From: a virus
Taxonomy: Duplodnaviria > Caudoviricetes
Direction: 5' to 3' (one strand)
IMG/VR virus record: IMGVR_UViG_3300033067_001511
Location: 1-41,992 of that record
DNA: 41,992 bases
This document shows, piece by piece, positions 18,083-27,657 of the stretch; positions within the stretch are counted from its first letter, which is position 1, and each line of letters starts with the position of its first letter. The translations under genes and the position numbers were made by a program. Under the pieces are notes generated by a model. That model saw only the letters and a list, made by a program, of their open reading frames with translations, was not told where the DNA came from and did not search any database.

Positions 18083-18096
18083 AGGAGGCATTTCAG

Positions 18097-18690
18097 ATGT
18101 TAACAATTCCAAAATTTAAGAAGCAGGCTTATATAATACCGGTATTCCAGGTTGGTGGAGATGCATTTACAAACATGCCGGATGGTGATGCAGTTGAAGT
18201 TTTATCTAATAGTGCAAGTGATGTTAGTGTATTAACTATATTTGGAACTAACAAAACTACCGGGTTACTAAAACATGAAACAATAACCCTAAACGGTACA
18301 AATGTTGTAACAACAGTAGAGACTGATTGGGGTAATGTCTATGGATTGTTTCTCGGTGATATATATGGCAAAAATAGCTCTGTTGCTGTCGGTACTATAA
18401 CCGTTCGAGAAGCTTCCGGAAATGCTGCAATAACAACTATTACAGCAGGCGTAAGAAGTAGAGGAACACAAATATTTGATTTGAGGGGAAGAGATATTAA
18501 TATACACTTTATTAGCGGTAACACTTGGAAAAATGCTAATCATAACGGTATATATCCTACGTCTAACAACTCATTAAAATATGCGGCCGCAGCCGTTAAA
18601 GATGAAAGTATTAGAACCTATTTATATTTATTGGGGGATTCTTCAGGATCACTTGTACAGATTGAAGTCACGGATGATGTGATTGCCTAA
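18097..18690 (+). CDS. Virion structural protein (beta-rich)
   Basis: AGGAGG RBS; ETITLNGT..V pattern typical of phage structural proteins. Confidence 0.7.
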   Translation: MLTIPKFKKQAYIIPVFQVGGDAFTNMPDGDAVEVLSNSASDVSVLTIFGTNKTTGLLKHETITLNGTNVVTTVETDWGNVYGLFLGDIYGKNSSVAVGTITVREASGNAAITTITAGVRSRGTQIFDLRGRDINIHFISGNTWKNANHNGIYPTSNNSLKYAAAAVKDESIRTYLYLLGDSSGSLVQIEVTDDVIA

Positions 18691-18710
18691 AGGAAGGAGA
18701 TTTTAAAATT

Positions 18711-21700
18711 ATGACTACTCCAAGCAAAGAATTATCAATATATTCTAATCAGTCGCAGCTAGCTTCTTATTTTATCGATGAAGTTGGTCTTATAAGTGTT
18801 AAATCGTATGGGGCTAAAGGTGACGGTGTTACAGATGATACACAAGCTATATTAGACTGTTTAAGCGATGTTTCTGAAAATTCCCTTAAGTCAATATTTT
18901 TTCCACATGGTAATTATCTTGTAAATCCTGCATTAATATCTGCATCTAATTTTACCGGGATATTTTGTTGGGGTGATAATTCTACGTTAGTTGGAATAAC
19001 ACATCCTATTAATCAGATGGGACTTGATTTGTCACCTGTTACTACGTTTACGGGGCTAACTGATACTCCGGCTACTATGTCCGGACAAACTGGGAAAGTG
19101 GTAGCTGTTAACTCTGAAGAGGATGCTTTAGAGTTTGTTGAGTCTTATAACAAAACACAGATTGATAATATCATAGCGAATTATTATACTGAAACAGAAG
19201 TTAATGCAATAAAAAGCGATTTAGAAGGTGTAGGTAGAACAACAGAAACAATAAAGGGCAATGCTGATAATTTGACTACACATCAAGGATCTTCTGATCA
19301 TGATTCAAGGTATTATACCAAAACAAATGTACAAACAAGTGGACAGGCATCAGTTCACTGGAACAACCTTACAAATGTTCCTGCTCTAGCAGATTCAAAA
19401 TGGAAAGCTCCAGTTGCAGACGTATCTTCCCTTCCGGACACTGGAAATAGTGACGGCGATTTAAGGATTGTTCTTGATGTTGATACGGTATATACATGGG
19501 ATGTTGACCATTGGGAAATTATTGGAGCTTCAGGAAATGGAATCTCTGATCATGGAACGCTAATCGGTTTAGGCGACGATGATCATACTCAATATTTAAG
19601 AGCGGATGGTACAAGAGCATTAACAGGTAATATGGATTTTGGAAAACATCAAGGTGTTAATTTCGTAACTGAAAATAAGTCTACTGCACCGGTTTCGGCA
19701 GTAGTTGGACAGCTTTGGTACGATACTGTTAATAATGTTTTGAAAGTATACAAAGGTACTATACCCGGATGGACGGACGTAACCGGTAATGGAGCTATAA
19801 TACGCGATTTAGAAGTTACCACTGCTAATGGACAGACTGTGTTTGATTTATCTTCCGTAGGAATCTATGAAGTTGGTACAAATGTATTGACAGTCTACAA
19901 AAAAAACGGATCTATATATGAAGTTGTACCGGAAGCTGACTATGTAGAAACAAGTTCAAGTACAGTTACAATATCGGGAGCATTAGAAAATGATGTGTAT
20001 TATTTTAAGTGGTTTGAAAATTCACCTATTGTTATTAATCTTGCAGTTCAAAAAGATGGTACCTTGCAAACAAATCTTAATGCTGACTTATTAGATGGAC
20101 TACATTCGAGTGCTTTTGCAACGCTAAATGGTAGTAATTTAGTTTCTCAGAATCCGGCTAGTACAGGTCAAGCTAATGGGATCGCAACATTAGATGCAGG
20201 CGGTCAAGTTCCTGCAAGTCAATTAGGTAATATAACTGCACCTGATGTTACTAAATCATATGTAGATGATGGAGATTTCAAAAATTCTTTGGACCTTGCC
20301 AAAGGGCTTTTTACTATGGAGGCTAATATCGCGGCGGGGAAAAATGATTTGGCACAGATGGCTATTGATGCTTTTAATGACTCTAATGGGGTTGACTTGC
20401 CTACTAGTACTAATGAGACTTATAGTAGCGGGAATAAGAATTTTGCGCCATCCGGGTATGTTAGAACTTCTAGCCAGAAAACTGTTACTGCTAATGGAAA
20501 CGCTAGGACAAAAACCTTTGGGCAAGGTAACGTGGTTACGGCCGGTGGTAATGCTCAGATAGACACCGCTCAATACAAGATCGGTTCAAGTAGTGGCCTT
20601 TTTGACGGAACTGGGGACTATTTATCAATACCGGATAGTGCTGATTGGGATTTTGGTACAGGAGAATTTACGATTGACTTTTGGGTAAGGTTTAATGCTC
20701 TTCCGTCTAGTGGTAATTCAGCTTGTTTATTTTCACAACTTGTAGATCTTAACAACTACGCGAATCTTTATGTGTTAAATGCAACAGGTACATATAGCCT
20801 AAAATTCCTAATTAAATCATCAAGTTCAACTTTAGTTGATATGTCTAACGTCGTTACACTAAGTACCAATACTTGGTATCACATAGAGATAGATAGAAGT
20901 GGAAACAATTTCAAAATGTACCTTGACGGAGTACAACAGGGCGCGGATGTAACGGCCTCAATAACATACCCGAATTTAGCGGCGCCTGTTATTATAGGAG
21001 CGTTGAACTATACCGGGTATATAGACGCTTTAAACGGGTGGATAGATGAGTTCAGGATATCCAAAGGCATAGCTCGTAATTCTTCTACGCCTTTTACTCC
21101 GCCATCGTCCGCATACACAACAGACAGCTATACAAAACTTTTACTCCATTTTGAGGGTTCAGATGCTAGTACCTCATTTATTGATTCAAGTAGCACATTA
21201 GTGCCGAAATACGGTACAGCTATGGGCTATTTTGACGGTACCGGAGACTATTTATCTGTTCCGGATAGCACAGATTGGTATTTTGACGGTAATTTTACTA
21301 TACAGTTTTGGGTTAATTTTAATAGTCTGCCAGGTTCGGGGAGCGGAATATGGCTAATAGGTCAACAGACCGACGTAAATAATAGATGGAGTTTTCACTT
21401 AGGCAATAATTCAGGTACTTACGCATTAAGTTTTGTACAGTATGTATCCGGCTCAATTAACATTAATTGTTCAATAAATCTTTCTAGTTTAAACACGGAT
21501 ACCTGGTATCATATGGCAGTAACCAGAAGTGGTAACGACTATAAAATATTTGTAGACGGTGTGCAACAAGGAACTACATATACTGATGCTGACACATTAA
21601 TTAATCTTACTGGGTCATTAATTATAGGTATATTTGGGGATTTATCAAGTTATGCTCTTAAGGGTTACATTGATGATTTAGAGATAGCAAAAGGCATAGC

Positions 21701-22082
21701 CCGTACAATAACAACACCAACCGCTGCACTTGTTCCCGACCAATACACTGTACTTATGTTACATATGGATGGTTCAGAGGGTGGCACTACATTTACGGAT
21801 GATGTAGGGTTATATCATAGTATGACACTTATTTCTAATGCTTTTACCGCGTCTGCGGCGCCAAGCAAAATGTATGTAACCGCAAAAGATACTCCGAACG
21901 GCGGTTCTGTCACTTACTATGTTAGCAGGGATGGTGGGTCAACCTGGACCGCAGCAACAAAAGACACTTTGGTCGATGTAAGCGCTCAACCGTCGGGGAC
22001 GTCGTGCAAAGTAAAAGCCGTAACAGCGGCTCACACAGCGATAACTACCGTGGATGCGTGGGCTTTTGGCTATAAAGTATAG
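18711..22082 (+). CDS. Tail fibre/receptor-binding protein with two LamG (ConA-like) domains
   Basis: SVKSYGAKGDGVTDDTQAI, HDSRYYTK, DDDHTQYL and NADLLDGLHS fibre motifs; two FDGTGDYLS.PDS.DW.F...FTI.FWV.FN LamG modules. Confidence 0.88.
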   Translation: MTTPSKELSIYSNQSQLASYFIDEVGLISVKSYGAKGDGVTDDTQAILDCLSDVSENSLKSIFFPHGNYLVNPALISASNFTGIFCWGDNSTLVGITHPINQMGLDLSPVTTFTGLTDTPATMSGQTGKVVAVNSEEDALEFVESYNKTQIDNIIANYYTETEVNAIKSDLEGVGRTTETIKGNADNLTTHQGSSDHDSRYYTKTNVQTSGQASVHWNNLTNVPALADSKWKAPVADVSSLPDTGNSDGDLRIVLDVDTVYTWDVDHWEIIGASGNGISDHGTLIGLGDDDHTQYLRADGTRALTGNMDFGKHQGVNFVTENKSTAPVSAVVGQLWYDTVNNVLKVYKGTIPGWTDVTGNGAIIRDLEVTTANGQTVFDLSSVGIYEVGTNVLTVYKKNGSIYEVVPEADYVETSSSTVTISGALENDVYYFKWFENSPIVINLAVQKDGTLQTNLNADLLDGLHSSAFATLNGSNLVSQNPASTGQANGIATLDAGGQVPASQLGNITAPDVTKSYVDDGDFKNSLDLAKGLFTMEANIAAGKNDLAQMAIDAFNDSNGVDLPTSTNETYSSGNKNFAPSGYVRTSSQKTVTANGNARTKTFGQGNVVTAGGNAQIDTAQYKIGSSSGLFDGTGDYLSIPDSADWDFGTGEFTIDFWVRFNALPSSGNSACLFSQLVDLNNYANLYVLNATGTYSLKFLIKSSSSTLVDMSNVVTLSTNTWYHIEIDRSGNNFKMYLDGVQQGADVTASITYPNLAAPVIIGALNYTGYIDALNGWIDEFRISKGIARNSSTPFTPPSSAYTTDSYTKLLLHFEGSDASTSFIDSSSTLVPKYGTAMGYFDGTGDYLSVPDSTDWYFDGNFTIQFWVNFNSLPGSGSGIWLIGQQTDVNNRWSFHLGNNSGTYALSFVQYVSGSININCSINLSSLNTDTWYHMAVTRSGNDYKIFVDGVQQGTTYTDADTLINLTGSLIIGIFGDLSSYALKGYIDDLEIAKGIARTITTPTAALVPDQYTVLMLHMDGSEGGTTFTDDVGLYHSMTLISNAFTASAAPSKMYVTAKDTPNGGSVTYYVSRDGGSTWTAATKDTLVDVSAQPSGTSCKVKAVTAAHTAITTVDAWAFGYKV

Positions 22083-22094
22083 GAGGTATGATGT

Positions 22095-22259
22095 ATGGGT
22101 TTAGAAAAATTAATATCAGATGCAGTGGAGCAAGAGAAGGTGAAAAAAAGTCAAGCGGAGAAAGAGCATAAGGCACTTGATAAGAAGTCCGAGAAGTTAT
22201 CGGACATTGTGAAACGTATTGAAGTTATTGAGAAGTTTTTGTTTGGGGGTGATAAATAG
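22095..22259 (+). CDS. 54-aa coiled-coil protein, possible fibre chaperone (below the ORF-track cutoff)
   Basis: AGGAGGT RBS; MGLEKLISDAVEQEK...IVKRIEVIEKFLFGGDK; stop overlaps the next GTG. Confidence 0.75.
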   Translation: MGLEKLISDAVEQEKVKKSQAEKEHKALDKKSEKLSDIVKRIEVIEKFLFGGDK

Positions 22260-22879
22260 TGCCTAAAATATCTGAAATACTTGCACAGGTTCAAGTTCAG
22301 TATCCTAATGGATTTTCTAATGCTAATTTGTTGGTTTGGGGAAATGAGATATTACGCAAAATTTGGAAGTGGATGAATGAAGATGATATATATGTTTTTA
22401 GTTTGATTGCTGACCAGGCTATTTATAGTTTGCCGTCCGATGGGCTTGATATAGAAAAAATTGATGTTATCGAAATAGCTACAAGTAGTAGCTTAGAGGA
22501 CTGGGAAGCGTATTTTTTTAAGGGTCTCGTTGATGGTAGCACAAGTAAATATTTTTATGACGCATTTAACGGTAATTTTGGCATTTATCCTGCACCAGAT
22601 ACTTCGATTGCTTCAGGCGGCAAAATTTTTTATGGTCCTAAGTTTGCAATTATGAGTGCAGATGATCAGAATGTTGTTCCCCGTATCAATGAAGATTATC
22701 ATAGTTTAATTGTCAATTACATTTGTATGAAAGCGGCGGGTAGTGGGAATAATCCCGATATTGAAAGTCGCAATAATTTTGCGAGTGATTTTAACGACGA
22801 TTGGAAACGACTTATGTTTGATTATACGAGGAAAAAATGTAAATTACCAAAAAAATCTCGGTCAAATAGTTGGTGGTAA
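22259..22879 (+). CDS. Head-tail adaptor (P22 gp4/T7 gp11-like)
   Basis: Y.LPSD, GIYPAPD and P.INEDYH.LIV.Y...KA motifs; size and position. Confidence 0.75.
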   Translation: MPKISEILAQVQVQYPNGFSNANLLVWGNEILRKIWKWMNEDDIYVFSLIADQAIYSLPSDGLDIEKIDVIEIATSSSLEDWEAYFFKGLVDGSTSKYFYDAFNGNFGIYPAPDTSIASGGKIFYGPKFAIMSADDQNVVPRINEDYHSLIVNYICMKAAGSGNNPDIESRNNFASDFNDDWKRLMFDYTRKKCKLPKKSRSNSWW

Positions 22880-22891
22880 GGAGGGGTTTAT

Positions 22892-24307
22892 TTGACAGCA
22901 AGTTTGTGGAATAATGTTAGACAAAAAAAAATATACAAAACATTTACATTCGACGATATAAACACTTTTTTACCACCGTTAGAAATAATGGAATCGCAAG
23001 CAACAGATCTCCGTAATTTATCTAGCTCAAAATATCCAGCGCTTAAAGTGCGAAACGGAAAAACTCAAGTAGGTACCGTTATCAGTTCGCCTAATGGATT
23101 GGGGCAACGCAACAATCAATATATACATGTTGTCGATGGAGATGCCTGGAAATACTGGAATGGTTCAGCTTATGTTGCGGTACAAACATTATCGGCGGCA
23201 GGTAAGGGCAATTTCCAGGAATTTAATACCGGCACAACCAGATATACTATTTTTTCTAATGGCTCATCGAAATATGCATGGGACGGTACTACGGTAACTA
23301 CGCTTTCTAATGCTCCAAATTCTAAAATTTTCACAACACATAAAGGTCGCATATATTGGGCCAGGGACAATGATATAGTGTATTCCGGACTAAATCTCAT
23401 TAATGATTATACTGCTCCTAATGATGCAGGTGCTATTGATCTGACAAGGGCAAAAGGTATAGTGACAGGGATAATTGAATACATTGATAGGGTTTGGATA
23501 TATACAGAGTATAGCATGCATGGTTTATATGGTAATGCTCCTGCTAATTTTGAATTGATAGATCCTGAAGGTAATGTCGGATGTATAAGTAATCTTAGTT
23601 TGATAGTTGTAAATAAAAAACTATATTGGGTTGCTTATGATGGTGTCTATGAGTTCGATGGGTCTACACCTACTAAAGTTTCTGAACCATATGGAGTTAA
23701 TGGGATAAAAGGTGGAGTTACATCATTTATTAATGGTATTAATGCAACGTATAAAACTCTTGTAGTAAGTGGCAGTATCGGGGATATTTTGTATATATCA
23801 ATACCTTATGGCAGTAATGCTACTACTAATAATTTGACACTTGTATTAGATACAAAACTTAGGAAGTGGTACGTCAGAGATGAAGGGTTTCTAAATTTTG
23901 TGACAGTTGCCAATGTTCTTTATGGGGTTGATACAAGCGGTAAGCTTTGGAATATGACTGCAAGTGCTACAAAAGATGGGTCCACCGATATATCCTGGTA
24001 TTGGATAAGCAAAGCTTTTAGTGAAGGATCTCCATCTGATTTAATAACTTTATCAGAGATTTGGCTTAGTTATAAGTTGCCTATCGGCTCTACAATGAAG
24101 ATTGCTTATTCTACTGATGTTACCGGGACTTCATTTACTGATTTGGATACTTTTACTCCTGCTGCATCGGAGGCAGTGCAACGTGTAATCATACCAGTAT
24201 CAACATTACAAAGACATAGTTGGCGACGACTTAAATTGTATGGTACCAATGACTGTGAAATATATTTCATGGAGCAAATGGGGCGACAGTTACCTAAGAG
24301 GAGATAG
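22892..24307 (+). CDS. Tail nozzle/stabilisation protein (P22 gp10-like beta-propeller)
   Basis: NLSSSKYPALKVR.G, HKGRIY, VGCISNLS and YDGVYEFDG; follows the adaptor. Confidence 0.8.
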   Translation: MTASLWNNVRQKKIYKTFTFDDINTFLPPLEIMESQATDLRNLSSSKYPALKVRNGKTQVGTVISSPNGLGQRNNQYIHVVDGDAWKYWNGSAYVAVQTLSAAGKGNFQEFNTGTTRYTIFSNGSSKYAWDGTTVTTLSNAPNSKIFTTHKGRIYWARDNDIVYSGLNLINDYTAPNDAGAIDLTRAKGIVTGIIEYIDRVWIYTEYSMHGLYGNAPANFELIDPEGNVGCISNLSLIVVNKKLYWVAYDGVYEFDGSTPTKVSEPYGVNGIKGGVTSFINGINATYKTLVVSGSIGDILYISIPYGSNATTNNLTLVLDTKLRKWYVRDEGFLNFVTVANVLYGVDTSGKLWNMTASATKDGSTDISWYWISKAFSEGSPSDLITLSEIWLSYKLPIGSTMKIAYSTDVTGTSFTDLDTFTPAASEAVQRVIIPVSTLQRHSWRRLKLYGTNDCEIYFMEQMGRQLPKRR

Positions 24308-24330
24308 GCATATAGAAGGGAGATGTTTTT

Positions 24331-24828
24331 TTGGGGCAAGAGTTCTTAAAACTGCTTAATGATTTTGACAAAACACCTTCGATAACACTTCGTGAGTGGC
24401 ATAGGGTACTTAATCATATTCTTAATAATCTTGTTAGCGGTAGTTATATTACAACTGTTGCAAGAAATGTGTCGATTGATGATGCAGGTAATTATTTTTC
24501 GACAAAACATGTTGAATATGCTTTGCAGTATTTGGCACTTAGTTTGCTTAATTTTAAAACTAGGATAACTACCAAGACAGAAACGGCAAATCTTACTTCA
24601 TCTGAATTTGGGGTTATATTGTGTGACAGTGACGTGGCAATGACCTTGAATTTGCCACCTGTTTCGGGATTAAGTGGTAATACTTTTTACATAACGAATA
24701 TTAATAATGGTACGGTTGATATTGAAGGAAGCGGCTCGGAAACTATTCAGGGAGATACAACATTTAAATTATACAAAGATGAAAATATACAGATTATATG
24801 TACCGGGTCAGCCTGGTACATAAGGTAA
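24331..24828 (+). CDS. Tail-associated protein (needle/knob-like)
   Basis: VSIDDAGNYF....VE.ALQ and VILCD.....LNLP...G..F.ITN motifs of tail appendages. Confidence 0.65.
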   Translation: MGQEFLKLLNDFDKTPSITLREWHRVLNHILNNLVSGSYITTVARNVSIDDAGNYFSTKHVEYALQYLALSLLNFKTRITTKTETANLTSSEFGVILCDSDVAMTLNLPPVSGLSGNTFYITNINNGTVDIEGSGSETIQGDTTFKLYKDENIQIICTGSAWYIR

Positions 24829-24844
24829 AGAGAGGTGATTTAAG

Positions 24845-25417
24845 TTGAGTTTATTGAGATATATTATTATGCAAGGCTTAGCAAGTGATTCTGATCTTAG
24901 GGTGCCAAGAATTGATCTAATAACACATACACTACAAACTATTGAATATGAACATCACGAGATACACTCCGGTAGTCATTTTTTTTATACTGATAGTGTC
25001 GAATTAGCAAGTGGGAATACACAAGATTATATGATAACAACACCTAATACTACTAAGTGGTCACATATGACTTTTCAAGCTACCGGTAGTGCTATTACGC
25101 AAGTTCAAATTTTTGAAGGTAGCGACAAGACTGGAACAACATCACAGACTATTTTTAATAACGATAGGAATAGTGCAACAACGTCAACTCTAACAATACA
25201 CAAAGGTACTTCTGGTGGTTCTACCGATGGAACACAAATTTATACGATTAAATCCGGTTCATCGGCAGGAAATTCAAGATCGCCTGCAATATCTGAAAGA
25301 AATTCGGAAATTATTCTTAAACAGAATACTAAATATATTATTCGCATTACGTCTGGAACAAATGCTAATTTAACAAATTTACAGTTAGAATGGTATGAAC
25401 ACACCAACAAAACATAG
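24845..25417 (+). CDS. Virion structural protein
   Basis: IEYEHHEIHSGSHF...EIILKQNTKY...LEWYEH; GAGGTG RBS. Confidence 0.7.
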   Translation: MSLLRYIIMQGLASDSDLRVPRIDLITHTLQTIEYEHHEIHSGSHFFYTDSVELASGNTQDYMITTPNTTKWSHMTFQATGSAITQVQIFEGSDKTGTTSQTIFNNDRNSATTSTLTIHKGTSGGSTDGTQIYTIKSGSSAGNSRSPAISERNSEIILKQNTKYIIRITSGTNANLTNLQLEWYEHTNKT

Positions 25418-25434
25418 AAAGGGTGAGTAAGTAA

Positions 25435-27642
25435 ATGGGTACAGCTACTGATAGAATAAAACAAACAGCTATTGATAATATGGCGGCTAAAGGATATACA
25501 CAGAGTGTTACAAACATTCAACAATCTAATATTTCGAATACACCGACTAAGACTACAACACCTACCGTAACACCGACTAAGACTATAATACCGACTGTTA
25601 CACCACAAACAAATGTAACGCTTAGTCCGGAAGCTAGAGCCAATCAAGTTAATCAGATTGCTAGTACAACAAATACACCGGCTAAAACTACAATACCCAC
25701 TGTAACACCGACAGGAACACCTACTATAACACCACAAACAAATATAATGCTTAGTCCGGAGGCTAGAGCTAATCAAATTAATCAGATTGCTAGTACAACA
25801 AACACACAGACAAAAGCTATAACACCGCCTGTAATACCAACAGAAACACCTGTATCAACACCAACTCAAAACATGATGAATTTACGCGATGTTGCTACTG
25901 CATCGGGATTCGAGATTGGTAATGTTGGTAATATGCCAACAATAAACGGTCAACAAGTAGATCCGTCTAAAGTTGGCATGCAACTTGTAGATGGTAGGTG
26001 GCAAGGTTCACCGACTCAGATAGCTACTCTTCTAGGTTCTCCGGTAGGATTAAGAGAAAGTTTGGAATCTACTGGCCGCAAAGTAGAATATAATAACCAA
26101 ACAGGTAAGGTAACAGTAGATGGTGTCGTTATTGATACGGATGGCATGATTAATGTCGGTGGTCGTCTATATACGACTCAAGATAATATTAATAATATTA
26201 TCACTCGCACCGGTGGGATAACTCCATTAAATCAAAAACAAGAATTGGTTAATACTGATAGTTCTATTGTTAATCAATTAAATGAATCTCAACAAAAGAT
26301 AAATGAATTACAGCAAATGATTGATGAGATGAAAAATTTTAAAATTCCACAACAGGATCCAACTGAGTTATATAAATTTTTAGAAATGCTACAACAATAC
26401 AAATCTCCTTATGATCAGTACATGAAACAAATATTACAAGAGACATTTAAAGAATTTGAGTATGATCCGAATAATGATCCAATGCTAGATAAAGCAATTA
26501 AGTATGCGGACCGCACTATGATGGAAGAAATGAATAGAAGAGGTATATTATCAAGTACAATTACGACAGATAATATGCGAATTATTAGAGAGGATCTATT
26601 GCCAAGATATCAAGATATGGCTTTTCAGAAATATAATGAACAACTTAACATTAATTTCAAAAGACTCGAAGTGTTAAAAAATTTAGATAATAGTGATTAT
26701 GAGCGGTATAAAAATTTTATAACACTTGCAATGGAAACGTCGGAGAAGATTTCTCAAAACACTGTTAATACTATTAAAGATAATCTTAATTTAATGCAAA
26801 CAAGTCTTCAGAATCAAATATTATTAAATAAACAAGAAGCAGAAAATAAAGCTGAAGCGTACAAAAATGCCTGGTTAAAATTTAAAGAATTAACATATGT
26901 TGACAACGAAATATCTCTATTGACAGGCTTACCGGTAGGGATGCGGAGCAAAGAAGCTGAAAAAGAAATACTTGCTAGATATGACGAATATAATAAATTG
27001 GCAATACAATTTGAAAATCGAATTGATGAGCAAAATTATCAGTATGAATTAGACATGAAAAAAATTGCAGCAGCGAAAAAAGAAAAAGATAAACTCGAAG
27101 AAAAAAAAGCAAATGCAGCAAAAATATATGCCAGTCTTGGAAATATGTCTGCTACGGATGCGCTTAATGCTGTGTCGAAAGATTTTGAAACATTATCTGA
27201 TTATTTGGGTCCTGAATTATGGGTACTTGTGGAACAGCTCAACAAACAGAAAGATATTGAATCCAAGAACTATATCGAAAGAAAACAACTTGAGATTTCA
27301 CAACAAAATGCCAATACAAGTGAGCGTAATTCTTATAATTCACAGAAAAATAATACACTTTCAACATCTGAAAAAAATCTATGGATTGCTGAGGCTGCTC
27401 GTACATATCAGACATATCCTGTTAAAGATGCTATTGCAAAACTCAAAGAAACTGCGCCTGGTATAATAGCAGCCGTTGGTGTTGCGGGATATAAACAAGT
27501 TTGGGATTTGGCATTAGCTAATGCAATAAGGGCCGGACAAGCTCAATCTTATGATAATTATTACAAAGATCCGTCAAGTAAAACAGATGCAACAACAAAA
27601 CTTTTAAACGATTACAACATTGACTTATCAACACTTGACTAA
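25435..27642 (+). CDS. Putative internal virion/DNA ejection protein
   Basis: T/P-rich N-terminus, FEYDPNNDP...MNRRGILSST motif, long helical Q/N/E-rich region; position after podovirus tail genes. Confidence 0.7.
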   Translation: MGTATDRIKQTAIDNMAAKGYTQSVTNIQQSNISNTPTKTTTPTVTPTKTIIPTVTPQTNVTLSPEARANQVNQIASTTNTPAKTTIPTVTPTGTPTITPQTNIMLSPEARANQINQIASTTNTQTKAITPPVIPTETPVSTPTQNMMNLRDVATASGFEIGNVGNMPTINGQQVDPSKVGMQLVDGRWQGSPTQIATLLGSPVGLRESLESTGRKVEYNNQTGKVTVDGVVIDTDGMINVGGRLYTTQDNINNIITRTGGITPLNQKQELVNTDSSIVNQLNESQQKINELQQMIDEMKNFKIPQQDPTELYKFLEMLQQYKSPYDQYMKQILQETFKEFEYDPNNDPMLDKAIKYADRTMMEEMNRRGILSSTITTDNMRIIREDLLPRYQDMAFQKYNEQLNINFKRLEVLKNLDNSDYERYKNFITLAMETSEKISQNTVNTIKDNLNLMQTSLQNQILLNKQEAENKAEAYKNAWLKFKELTYVDNEISLLTGLPVGMRSKEAEKEILARYDEYNKLAIQFENRIDEQNYQYELDMKKIAAAKKEKDKLEEKKANAAKIYASLGNMSATDALNAVSKDFETLSDYLGPELWVLVEQLNKQKDIESKNYIERKQLEISQQNANTSERNSYNSQKNNTLSTSEKNLWIAEAARTYQTYPVKDAIAKLKETAPGIIAAVGVAGYKQVWDLALANAIRAGQAQSYDNYYKDPSSKTDATTKLLNDYNIDLSTLD
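25603..25820 (+). repeat. Intragenic 129-bp-period duplication (PQTN..LSPEARANQ.NQIASTTNT x2)
   Basis: Copies start at 25603 and 25732. Confidence 0.9.
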
Positions 27643-27657
27643 AAGGAGGTTATTGAT

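Noticed and set aside
27065-27466. 133-aa alternate-frame ORF in the 735-aa gene as another nested gene
   Set aside because: No RBS or promoter; K/L/R/I-biased composition typical of off-frame shadows. The same applies to 16151, 20266, 23094 and 13282.
27459-27467. TGGTATAAT 190 nt upstream of the giant gene
   Set aside because: No -35 at proper spacing and no adjacent RBS/ORF; may be chance in AT-rich DNA, though not excluded.
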